Below are positions 1-8,706 of a stretch of 64,000 bases of DNA, piece after piece; the stretch's first letter is position 1, and each line of letters opens with the position of its first letter. The stretch lies in contig CAWIED010000001.1 in assembly GCA_963835085.1 (NCBI GenBank), positions 3,262,852 to 3,326,851 of the forward strand. The letters are read 5' to 3'. The stretch comes from an uncultured Actinomycetota bacterium (GTDB lineage Bacteria; Actinomycetota; Actinomycetes; Actinomycetales; CAWJMD01). The notes beneath the pieces are model-generated. The model was not told the origin of the DNA, searched no databases, and worked only from the letters and a program-made list of their open reading frames with translations. Position numbers and translations under genes: made by a program.

Positions 1-14
1 TCGGGGCGATTGCG

Positions 15-554
15 ATGCTGTGGGTCAAAGCGCCAAGCGAGGCCGACGAATCGAGCATGGTTCCGCTCGGACGTCCCGACGATGCCGCCCACACGTATGA
101 CAGGGTGATCGTCGGCTCGGACGGTACCGAGAACACGATGTTCGGTGTGCGCCGTGCCATGGAGATCGCCGAGGACACCAACGCCAAACTGACAATCGTC
201 ACCGTCTACCACCCGGAAGGATGGTCGCTCGACGACACCCACCAGGAACTCGTCGGCGAGGAGGCCGGCCGAGAGGCACTACGACGGACCGTAGAGCAAC
301 TCAACAGTGAGCGCGTACGTACGTACGACGCGCTAGTTGTACCCGGTGACGTCGCCGAAACGCTGTTGGCCGCATCCGACCACTCCCGTCGGAACCTCAT
401 CGTGGTCGGAAACCGAGGCCTCGGCGCTGAGCGGGGTGCACTCGGGTCAATTCCTGCAAAGGTCGTCCAGAATGCCGCATCAGACGTCATGGTGATTCAA
501 ACCGACGACGTCTCACACCTGGCCAAACAATTGTGGACGCGCCCCCGTAGCTAG
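15..554 (+). CDS. Universal stress protein (UspA family); 5' end uncertain
   Basis: ORF track. USP motifs DRVIVGSDGTE and VVGNRGLGAERGALGSIPAKVVQNAASDVMVI (G-x2-G-x9-G-S type). The frame stays open to the window start, so the start may be M15, M57 or upstream of the window. Confidence 0.8.
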   Translation: MLWVKAPSEADESSMVPLGRPDDAAHTYDRVIVGSDGTENTMFGVRRAMEIAEDTNAKLTIVTVYHPEGWSLDDTHQELVGEEAGREALRRTVEQLNSERVRTYDALVVPGDVAETLLAASDHSRRNLIVVGNRGLGAERGALGSIPAKVVQNAASDVMVIQTDDVSHLAKQLWTRPRS

Positions 555-579
555 AAACAACCTGAGGAAGGATTATTTG

Positions 580-1014
580 ATGAGTAAAACGAAGAATATT
601 GTCGTCGGTGTCGACGGCTCGAAAAGCAGTCTCAAGGCGCTCGAATGGGCAGCGGAAATCGCGAAGGAACGCAAGTCAGAGCTTACAGTCTTGATGGCCT
701 GGGTGCCTTCGCTTCCACCTCTGGCCGGCATGTCGCCTTCGTATTCGACTCATGACGACAGCGACCCTGCCTCGGCCACCAAACAGAAGCTGACGGAATC
801 CATTCATGCGGTTCTCGGGCCCGAACCAGCAGTTCGCGTACACCCCGTGATTCGGGCCGAGAGCGCCGCCAAAGCACTCATTGAAGCCTCCGATGATGCC
901 GACCTTCTGGTGGTTGGTCGTCGGGGACGCGGGGGTTTCAAAGGTCTGCTCCTCGGGTCTGTGAGCCATCACGTCGCGGCTCATGCACGGTGCACCGTCG
1001 TCGTCGTTCGCTGA
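580..1014 (+). CDS. Universal stress protein (UspA family)
   Basis: IVVGVDGSKSS and LLVVGRRGRGGFKGLLLGSVSHHVAAHARCTVVVV motifs. ATG at 580 is preceded by GAGGAAGGA. The track ORF starts 3 nt earlier at a TTG. Confidence 0.85.
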   Translation: MSKTKNIVVGVDGSKSSLKALEWAAEIAKERKSELTVLMAWVPSLPPLAGMSPSYSTHDDSDPASATKQKLTESIHAVLGPEPAVRVHPVIRAESAAKALIEASDDADLLVVGRRGRGGFKGLLLGSVSHHVAAHARCTVVVVR

Positions 1015-1033
1015 CCTGCTCGCCTGGTGGCCT

Positions 1034-1106
1034 CGAATTGTCACGTCTGTCATCGACTCGTTGCCAAGGTAGTGACCCATGGTTGAAGAACGTCACAGTT
1101 CGGCGG
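1034..1106. repeat. 73-bp dispersed intergenic element, copy 1
   Basis: Gapless alignment to 5051-5123 gives 54/73 identical positions by hand count. Shared block GAACGTCACAGTTCG[G/A]CGG. The element ends 3 nt from the stop codon at 1110-1112. Confidence 0.7.
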
Positions 1107-1109
1107 AAA

Positions 1110-1886
1110 CTAGTGTCCTTTGAGTCCCTTCTTACCGGGAGCCCAGTAGGGCAGGTTGGTCACCCGACGGCTCGGTACGCCGCTTGCCCGAAGCGCCCGG
1201 TAGAGGCGTTGGATCGATGATGCTCTACCGGTCAGTACGCCGTTGGCCGCTGCGATGGAGCCGAAGGCGTCCAGCACTTCGCGCTCGACCTCGTCGACGT
1301 GACAGTCGTCCCTTTCTCGCACTATGAGTTTGACGGCACCACCCATGCCGAATCGCTCAACAACAGCGCGGGACTCTTCGAGCGAATTCACCTCGAAGAT
1401 GAATCGCGATTCGCGATACTTCGGCGGCGTCTCGCGAACCGCGATGGCGGTGCTGAACGACGTCTCATCGCCAAAGAAGACCAAGGGTCGTTGTGGTTTC
1501 GGCAGCGAGAGCGCGCGCCGGGGACCCACCAGACGGCAGGGTGTGCCCGCACGCGCTGAGGCGACCCAGTCCGAGCCGGGACCGTTGCCGTGGACATACC
1601 AGAGGATCTTCGTCGTCCCGGTGCTGGGTTCGAACGCAAGCGGGGTGTAGGAGCGCAACTCCCAGGGGCCGAGCAACGCCGCCCCTGAGACGATGACCTG
1701 CACCATGTCACCTGGCGTCCACGACGCGTTCTGGAACCCGTCGGACGCCAGGGAGATCAGGCGAAAGTGCGCGCCAACGTCCTCGACGTGGCGAACCTCG
1801 GCCTCGCGTGTGGAGAGGTCCAACAACAGCGATGTCAGGCGACCCGGCCGCCGCACGATCGGTGGGTCCATAGCTGCCGAGGTCAT
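1110..1886 (-). CDS. Siderophore-interacting protein / FAD-binding ferric-reductase-like (SIP family)
   Basis: 258-aa ORF with an FAD-binding R-x-Y-T motif (LRSYTP) and a two-domain ferredoxin-reductase-like layout. Its ATG overlaps the stop of the upstream gene (ATGA at 1883-1886). Confidence 0.7.
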   Translation of the reverse strand: MTSAAMDPPIVRRPGRLTSLLLDLSTREAEVRHVEDVGAHFRLISLASDGFQNASWTPGDMVQVIVSGAALLGPWELRSYTPLAFEPSTGTTKILWYVHGNGPGSDWVASARAGTPCRLVGPRRALSLPKPQRPLVFFGDETSFSTAIAVRETPPKYRESRFIFEVNSLEESRAVVERFGMGGAVKLIVRERDDCHVDEVEREVLDAFGSIAAANGVLTGRASSIQRLYRALRASGVPSRRVTNLPYWAPGKKGLKGH

Positions 1887-3116
1887 GTCAGTCGCACAAG
1901 GCCCTGGTAGTTCTTCAGAATGAAGGGCAGCGTCAGGCTTCCGAAGTCTGGTAGGTCGCCTGTCGCGGTCTCGTCCGCGTCCGACGGTTCGCCGCCGAGA
2001 GGTGTTTGCGGCTTCGAGTTCTGCTCCAGCGCGATGGCCTGGTTCCGGATTGCATAGTCGCGCAGTTCGTCTTCGTAGGCGAGCACCCCTTTGCTCAGGT
2101 CGTCTCGGTGCGTCGCGAGTTCACCGGCCAGGACGTACGCGCCGACCATCGCGACACTGGTGGCCTGGCCTGTGCCCAGGGAGACGGCGTAGCCGGCATC
2201 GCCGACCAGCACGATCCGCCCGCGTGCCCACGTGTCCATGCAGACCTGGCTCAGCCGGTAGAAGTGGAAGTCGCTCGCATCCAACATGTGGTCCACGATC
2301 TGCGGAATCACCCAGCCCGCGTCAGCCACTCGGTCGGCAAGCAATCGCTTCTGATCGCCGATATCGCGTAGGTCGTAGTCGACCGCCTCTGGCGTGCTGA
2401 AACCGAGATAGGTCTTCGCCGGGGCCTCCTTGTCCAGGCCCATCACCAGTGCACCGACGAATGGATCCTCCCGCTGGTAGATCACCTCCCAACGCTCAAG
2501 AGCGAGGAAATTCGGCATGCTGAACACCGCGACGTGCGTGTCACCGAAAGCGCGCACGAACCGCTCGTCGGGGCCGAAGGCGATCCGCCGCACTCCCGAG
2601 CCGACCCCGTCGGCGCCGATCACCACCTCGAAGCGGCGTGGCGCAGCAGTGGCGAACGTGACATCGACCCCCGACTCGTCTTGGGTCAGCGACGCGATGG
2701 AGTCTCCGAAGATGTACTCGACCTGGTCGCCCACGGCTTGGTAGAGCACATCGCAAAGCTCGTCACGCATGACCTCGATATCAGGACTATCGAGCTGCCC
2801 GCCGGTCAAAGTGCTCAGCGTGCTCCGGAAGATTTCCTGACCAGCCGAGTCGACCATGGCTATCCCCCGTCAGTTTCGTGCTCCGATCGCGAAGAGCGGC
2901 GTCGATGCCCATTCGCTCCGCAACTTCCAGGCCAGGACCGCGCACATCGATCGCGTGACCGCCTGGGCGCAGCTGGGGCGCCACTTCCACCACCGAGACC
3001 TCGAAGCCATAGCGGGCGAGCCAATAGGCGGTGGTGAGGCCGGCAATGCTGGCACCCGAGACGAGCACCCGACGAGGGGTTGATCGAGGCCACAGTTCTT
3101 GGTTCGTGGGGGTCAT
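1883..3116 (-). pseudogene. FAD-dependent monooxygenase, split by a frameshift (or assembly error)
   Basis: The N-terminal ORF 2787..3116 carries the dinucleotide fold VLVSGASIAGLTTAYWLARYGFEV. The C-terminal ORF 1883..2857 is in another frame. The total span of 1234 nt is not divisible by 3. The frames join if one base of the C5 run 2864-2868 is removed. Confidence 0.75.
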
Positions 3117-3161
3117 GAAATCGACGGTACGTTCGCCCGGGCTGAGCTGTCCAAGACATAG

Positions 3162-3175
3162 AATGACGCGTTATT
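3162..3175. promoter_or_regulatory. Candidate LysR-type operator (imperfect palindrome AATGACGCGTTATT, contains T-N11-A)
   Basis: Palindrome in the 86-bp divergent region between the monooxygenase (start 3116) and the LysR gene (start 3203). Confidence 0.35.
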
Positions 3176-3202
3176 AGACCCTCGAAGCAACGGTTGTGAG
3201 GC

Positions 3203-4135
3203 ATGGAACTTCGACACCTGCGCTACTTCGTGACAATCGCCGAGGAGCAGAGCTTCAGCCGGGCAGCCACCAGACTGCACGTCTCACAGTCCCCGTTGAG
3301 CCGGCAGATGAAGGATCTCGAAGCGGAGATGAATGTCGAGCTCTTCGAACCCGCCGGCCGCGGGATCAAGCTCACTGCTGCCGGAAAAATCTTCGCGGAG
3401 AGCACCCGAAGCATCCTCGCGAGCGTCGACAGCGCCATCCAGGAGGCCAAAGACGTAGCCGAAGGCCGAATTGGCACCGTCGTCATCGGGTTCGAGCAAG
3501 GGGCCACCTTCACCGGCGCGCTGGCCTCACTCATGGCGGCGTTCCGGCGGCGTGCTCCGCGCATCGGTCTCCAGCTCGTTTCGATGAATAACTCAGAACA
3601 ATGGATCGCCCTGCACGATGGGACGATCTCGTTCGCCTACGGAACCAACCGGCCCACCGACGACACCTTGAGCTCCATGGAGATGACCAGCGACCGGCTC
3701 GGGCTGCTGCTCGCGTCCGGCCATCGACTGGCGTCCCGCGAGGAGATCCGGCTGCAGGACATCGGTGAAGAGCGGGTGATCCTCGAGCCCCGCGAGCTCA
3801 ATCCCCGGCTCCGCGCCGACATCGTCTCCGCCGCCCGTACGCACGACGTCACACTCGGCGGCATAGCGGAGGTTCCCGACCTGGAAGCGCTCCTGGCGCT
3901 CGTGGCGATCGGCGACGCGGTGACGTTTCTCGCGCGAAGGACAGCGGAACTGGTTACTCCGCTGAGCTCGATGGTCTGGCGCCCGGTCGTCGACCTCGAC
4001 ATCACACTCTCCGACGTGGTCACCTGGCGGACGGAACACACGGACCGGCCGGTGGTGCGAGCGCTCGTCGAGAGCGCTCGAGAGGTCCGGACCGCTGCTG
4101 CAACCCGATGCGGCCACGACCGGTCCGCCCCGTGA
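3203..4135 (+). CDS. LysR family transcriptional regulator
   Basis: N-terminal wHTH MELRHLRYFVTIAEEQSFSRAATRLHVSQSPLSRQMKDLE followed by a LysR substrate-binding-type C-terminus. Divergent from the monooxygenase gene. Confidence 0.9.
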   Translation: MELRHLRYFVTIAEEQSFSRAATRLHVSQSPLSRQMKDLEAEMNVELFEPAGRGIKLTAAGKIFAESTRSILASVDSAIQEAKDVAEGRIGTVVIGFEQGATFTGALASLMAAFRRRAPRIGLQLVSMNNSEQWIALHDGTISFAYGTNRPTDDTLSSMEMTSDRLGLLLASGHRLASREEIRLQDIGEERVILEPRELNPRLRADIVSAARTHDVTLGGIAEVPDLEALLALVAIGDAVTFLARRTAELVTPLSSMVWRPVVDLDITLSDVVTWRTEHTDRPVVRALVESAREVRTAAATRCGHDRSAP

Positions 4136-4177
4136 TAGGCCGGAGCCAGCCGATGATGAGAGCCTCGCGATCCGGGG

Positions 4178-5005
4178 CTAGATCTGTACTGGCAAGTACC
4201 CCAAGGCATCCTGAAGCTCGCCATCGTGGGAGGGAATGACGACGAGCGATGGATCGCCAGCCATCACTTCGTGGAGCCGCACCACTTGGCGGTGCGCGAG
4301 TCGGCGATCTCTATCGGCGATCCAGCTGCCCGAGAGCGATTTCGGTGCCCGAGTCTTGATGGCTGCACTGTTCCAGACTGCATCACCGCACAGGAAGTAC
4401 CTGCGACTCTTCGTTCGGGCAAACATGCCGACCGCTCCCGGCGTGTGGCCCGGAAGAGGCACCAGCACGCAGCTGCCGTCTCGGAAGATGTCATAGCTCT
4501 CCGGATATTCGCCGCATCCTGGTGGGGAGAATTCGTACGTTCTCCACTCTATCTGCGAGGAAGCCACCTGAGACGGCATCGACGCTCCCTTCAAATAGAA
4601 GGGTTCGGTGGATAGACCCTGCCGATAATGGCGCTCGTGTCCAGTGCACCAGACTTCGGCACCGGCAAAGTCAACCAATCCGCTCACATGATCCCAGTGG
4701 CCGTGGCTCATGAATATCTTTGACGGCGCCGCCAGGGCGTGGCTCTCGAGTTGGTCTACAACCGGGTTGACGTCGCGATAAGCAAGAAACGGACGTTTCC
4801 ACCGCGGCATGTCGTTGGAGTACTGCGCAGCGATCTGCCTGCCCAGTCCGGTGTCGAATAGCACGGCACCTTGGCTGGGATGCTCTATGTAAAAAGCGCT
4901 GTAGTTTATCGTGACCTTCTTGAACCAGCTTCCACCGCGGTAGGTCAAGGCCTCCAACGACCTGCTAGTGGCGGTCTTGATGATGGAGAGTCTTATCGAC
5001 GTCAC
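4178..5005 (-). CDS. MBL-fold metallo-hydrolase (lactonase-like)
   Basis: H-x-H-x-D-H motif (SHGHWDHVSG) and a downstream HTPG. 275-aa ORF. Confidence 0.8.
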   Translation of the reverse strand: MTSIRLSIIKTATSRSLEALTYRGGSWFKKVTINYSAFYIEHPSQGAVLFDTGLGRQIAAQYSNDMPRWKRPFLAYRDVNPVVDQLESHALAAPSKIFMSHGHWDHVSGLVDFAGAEVWCTGHERHYRQGLSTEPFYLKGASMPSQVASSQIEWRTYEFSPPGCGEYPESYDIFRDGSCVLVPLPGHTPGAVGMFARTKSRRYFLCGDAVWNSAAIKTRAPKSLSGSWIADRDRRLAHRQVVRLHEVMAGDPSLVVIPSHDGELQDALGYLPVQI

Positions 5006-5050
5006 TCCGCGATCCTACTCAGCAATTTCTTGCACAAAGGATGGCAGCGT

Positions 5051-5123
5051 CGAACCGTGACGTTTGTCGTCCGGCCGTTGCCAGTATGGTCACCCCTGGC
5101 CGAGGAACGTCACAGTTCGACGG
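5051..5123. repeat. 73-bp dispersed intergenic element, copy 2 (hairpin-forming)
   Basis: Same length and 54/73 identity to 1034-1106. Arms 5048-5064 and 5106-5122 are reverse complements with one mismatch. The element abuts the stop codon at 5124-5126. Confidence 0.7.
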
Positions 5124-6233
5124 TCAGCCGAGGACGCGGAGTTGAAAGGCGACAGGATCGCAGGCGCGGCCGTTGACCTGGAGCGCCACCGCGTGCTCAC
5201 CGGGGTAGTACCGCCGGGTGGTGATGGGCCGGAACTCGTGTGATCGGTCGATCGGCAACTCCTGCCCCGGGGCGAGGGTGCGCGTGGTGAGTTTGAACGT
5301 CTTGGGAGTCGTCATTCCATTGGCCTTCAAATGGTGCACCACGTAGTCGACGGCGACCCGGGCCTGCTCCCTGCCCTCGTTGCGGACGACGGCCGTGAAC
5401 CGCAGCATCCCCGGGAAGGAGATCACCGGCGTCAGTACGCGCAAGTCATACACGGACAGGTTGCCAGGGGTGAAGCCCAGAAGCACGAGGGTGGCCGGAT
5501 CACCCTTCTTCGCCAGCGTGCGCAATCCGTGACGAACCAGGGAGGCCGTAGTAGGCGCGGGGTCATCAAGCCAGCGGGCGGCGCTGGCGACCACCAGATC
5601 AGGCTGATCGCGGCTGAGATCGTTGAGGTGGTTGGCCACCGAGCGACGTACGTAGTCAGACCCGTCGCGATAGAGCGCGTCGAGGATCGGCATCGTGGCG
5701 CCAGGGTCGGCCAGCAGTCGGGGCACCCGGACCGCCCAGGGCAGGTACGGCCTCGTGCCCTCGCTCGCCAGACGGCGAAGGTGCGCATCGTCGGCCTGCG
5801 TCCAGCCTTGGACGATTCCCAGCGCCCGATCCAGGTCTGCACGCAAGAGGAGACGAAGGGCGAACTCCGCGCTCAACCGCGACGTCAGCGACGCGAGGAG
5901 AGCCATCGCATCGTCGAAGGCCTCGTTGCTGCCCTCATGCACTGCCCGCTGGGCGACGGCCACGGTCACCGGCCACACCATCCAGCCCGCCAGCGGCGCC
6001 TCGGCACTGTCGCGGGCGTGCCGCACCACCGCCGCCAGCCCTGCATAACCTCCCGGCAGATCGGTCAGCATCGCCGCGGCCAACAGGTCGACCCGCTGTC
6101 GCAGACCGAGCCCGGTCAGGTGATCGCAGGCCGAGCCCATCTCCGCAAACGACCTGCCCGGCTCCGCTGTCCGCAAGCACGTCAACAGGTCACGCGCTAC
6201 CTGCACGCCTAGCAATTCGTCCGCGGTTGGCAA
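5124..6233 (-). CDS. DNA alkylation repair protein (HEAT-like repeat, AlkC/AlkD-type) with a C-terminal beta-rich domain
   Basis: Motifs SAEFALR, EGTRPYLPWA and SDYVRRSVANHLNDLSRDQPDLV are typical of the DNA alkylation repair enzyme family. 369 aa. Confidence 0.65.
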   Translation of the reverse strand: MPTADELLGVQVARDLLTCLRTAEPGRSFAEMGSACDHLTGLGLRQRVDLLAAAMLTDLPGGYAGLAAVVRHARDSAEAPLAGWMVWPVTVAVAQRAVHEGSNEAFDDAMALLASLTSRLSAEFALRLLLRADLDRALGIVQGWTQADDAHLRRLASEGTRPYLPWAVRVPRLLADPGATMPILDALYRDGSDYVRRSVANHLNDLSRDQPDLVVASAARWLDDPAPTTASLVRHGLRTLAKKGDPATLVLLGFTPGNLSVYDLRVLTPVISFPGMLRFTAVVRNEGREQARVAVDYVVHHLKANGMTTPKTFKLTTRTLAPGQELPIDRSHEFRPITTRRYYPGEHAVALQVNGRACDPVAFQLRVLG

Positions 6234-6304
6234 TGCCCTACCTCACTTCACACAATTCACGATTCACGGCTTGCAAGGGCGATTCGAAGGACGCGAATGC
6301 AGGC

Positions 6305-6697
6305 TCATGTCCCGGCCTTGGCTGCGTCGTACGGGGACGGCTGGTTGAAGATGACCGCCAGCGAGACGATCTTGTCGCGGCGGACCGCGAAGTAACTGGT
6401 CATGATCAGCTCGTCGGGCAGGTTGGTCTTGTCGTAGCTGCCGTCATAGCGCCCGCGGACGATGATGTCGCCATAGTGTTCAAGCACCTCCACAGGATCG
6501 ACAGTGACGGAGTCGCCCACGAACTCCTTGGCCAGGAACGCACGGACTGCCTCGATCCCGCGGATCTCCCGTCTGTTGTCGTTCACATAGGCATCCTCGG
6601 CGAAGGTTGCGACGATACCGTCGAGGTCGAAGGCGTTGACGGCCCGCAGGTGCTCGCCGATCACGGCGGGAGCTTGGGCGAGAGTGATGGTCTTCAT
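6305..6697 (-). CDS. SnoaL-like / NTF2-fold protein
   Basis: About 130 aa from MKTITLAQAPAVIGEHLRAVNAFDLDGIVATFAEDAYVNDN. The ATG at 6697 is preceded by AAAGGG. The track ORF extends to 6772 without SD support. Confidence 0.6.
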   Translation of the reverse strand: MKTITLAQAPAVIGEHLRAVNAFDLDGIVATFAEDAYVNDNRREIRGIEAVRAFLAKEFVGDSVTVDPVEVLEHYGDIIVRGRYDGSYDKTNLPDELIMTSYFAVRRDKIVSLAVIFNQPSPYDAAKAGT

Positions 6698-6825
6698 GAC
6701 TGCCCTTTCGTGGCTGCTCAGAGAAGTGACTGACTTCCACCACGCTGAATGCTCGGGCCACAGGAGGGTCAAGTGCCGATCTGCTCCTGGACTCTCCCCT
6801 TGGTGGACAGTTCACACTGGTCGAC

Positions 6826-7655
6826 ATGGTGACGCTCTCCATCGGCGACTTCGCGCGCGCCACGCATTTGAGCGTCAAGACGCTGCGCTACTACCACGAA
6901 GCCCTCCTGCTGGAGCCCGCCGAGGTAGACCCGAACTCCGGCTACCGCCGTTACGACGTCGATCAGATCCCCACCGCACAGGTGATTCGCCGTTTCCGTC
7001 ACCTCGGCATGCCCGTCGAGGATGTCCGGGCGGTGTTGCACGCTCCTGACCTCGGCACCCGTAACGTGCTGATCGCACAACACCTGCGTCGCCTCGAGGA
7101 CGAATTGGGAAAGACCCAGGCCGCCATCTCGTCCCTGCGTGACCTGCTCGAGCACCCGGTCACCGACCTGCCGGTCGAACACCGCCACCTACCCGCAATG
7201 CGGGCGGCGGCCATCACCGCCACCGTCCCCACCGCCCACATCGGCGACTGGCTGCAGGGCGCCCTGGGCGAGCTCTACGCAACTGCGGCGGCGCAGGGCG
7301 TAGCCGATGACGCGCCCGGCCTCCCGGTGGGATCTACGCCAACGGGCTCTTCGAGTCCGAGGGCGGGGACGCAACCGTCTACCTGCCCCTCGCAATGCGA
7401 CCGATCGGCCGCATCCAGCAGGTAGACCTTCCGGCCGCTGATCTTGCCGTGGTCACCCATGTCGGCCCGGAGGCCGGGATCGACCGCGCCTACGGTGCCC
7501 TCGGCGCATACGTGGCCCGACACGCTCTGGGTATCGACGGCCCCATCCGGGAGCTCTACCCGGTCAACCGCCATCACACCGTCGATCCTGCCCGTTGGCG
7601 GACGGAGATCGGCTGGCCGATCTTCCCGGCCGGCCCAGCGGGCATCACAAGCTGA
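6826..7655 (+). pseudogene. MerR family regulator with GyrI-like effector domain, split by a frameshift (or assembly error)
   Basis: ORF 6826..7425 begins with a MerR HTH (IGDFARATHLSVKTLRYYHEALLLEP). The GyrI-like C-terminus continues in ORF 7395..7655 in another frame. The 830-nt span is not divisible by 3. The frame switch lies near 7312-7325. Confidence 0.75.
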
Positions 7656-7689
7656 ACGGTTCACACGTCTGGTTGTCCCAAGACAGCCC

Positions 7690-8646
7690 TCAGACTTGCC
7701 CCTGACCCCTCCGACGAAGCTCGTAGCGGCGCTCGGCGTAGGCGAGATCATCGACCCACAGCCTGCGGGCGGCGTGCCGAATACCTGCCTCGACGAGTGG
7801 CGAGACCCGGCGGGCAAGCTGAAACCCCGAATGTGGCGAAGCGGCGATCGTCGCCTCGGTCATCATCGTGCGTGGGCACCCGTCTCGATCGGGACCCAGC
7901 GGAGTGGCATGGGTCTCCACGACGCTTCCGGTGCCCTCCCCCGAGACGATGGTCATGACGATCGTCCGCCGGTCGGGGCACTCGAACGCCGCGATCACGG
8001 GTTCGGCCCACGATCTGGTCACCCGGTAGGCCACCTCGACCACGAGCCGTTCGTCGGTGCTGGCGCTCTCGTCGACGCGCAGATGCGAGAACGCGTACGG
8101 GTGAAACCAGGCCCCGTGCCACGGGTCGAGCCGGTTGGCGAGGATGTCGCGCGGCTCGCAGCGGCCCGGCACGCAGATCACCGCGGAGATCGCCGAGCCG
8201 AGAGCGGGCCGGGGTGGCAGCACCGGTGCAGGCGTGGGGACTTCGTTGCTTCCGGGCAGCTGCACCCACACCAGCACGCCGTCGTCGTACGCCGCGAACG
8301 CTTGCCAGCCCTGGCCCGCTTCAGGCCCCACCGACATCCCGTGCCACCTGCAAACGGCCGCCGACGCTCGCACCTCGCACCCGTCCAGCAGCGCCCCGAA
8401 GTGGGGGCACGCTCCTTGACCGGCCACCAGGTCACCGTCCGCCCGCCGCCACAGCGCTACTTCGCGGCCGTCGATCACCCGGGTCACGCTGCGCCGGGTG
8501 CCGATCTCTCGCGAGGCCCCGGCAACCAGCCAGCCACCTGCGTTCTTCGCCAGCGCGAGCGCCAGCGCGCGGTCGATTCTGGTGGGTCGGGCCGCTCGCC
8601 AGGTGGGGCGCAGGCTCTGTCGCGACGGCGTGGGCAGATACCTCAC
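7690..8646 (-). CDS. Rieske [2Fe-2S] domain protein
   Basis: CPHFGALLDGCEVRASAAVCRWHG (C-x-H ... C-x2-H). 318 aa. Lies 60 bp downstream of the phytoene-synthase-like gene on the same strand. Confidence 0.75.
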   Translation of the reverse strand: MRYLPTPSRQSLRPTWRAARPTRIDRALALALAKNAGGWLVAGASREIGTRRSVTRVIDGREVALWRRADGDLVAGQGACPHFGALLDGCEVRASAAVCRWHGMSVGPEAGQGWQAFAAYDDGVLVWVQLPGSNEVPTPAPVLPPRPALGSAISAVICVPGRCEPRDILANRLDPWHGAWFHPYAFSHLRVDESASTDERLVVEVAYRVTRSWAEPVIAAFECPDRRTIVMTIVSGEGTGSVVETHATPLGPDRDGCPRTMMTEATIAASPHSGFQLARRVSPLVEAGIRHAARRLWVDDLAYAERRYELRRRGQGQV

Positions 8647-8706
8647 GAGACCTCCCGATGGTCTGCTCGCGGTGGACGGCGAATGCGCTTCACAGTAGGA
8701 CGCGCC

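Noticed and set aside
2855-2875. Programmed ribosomal frameshifting as the explanation for the split monooxygenase and MerR genes.
   Set aside because: No X-XXY-YYZ slippery heptamer or downstream pseudoknot is evident. One case sits in a simple homopolymer run. An indel or sequencing error is the simpler explanation.
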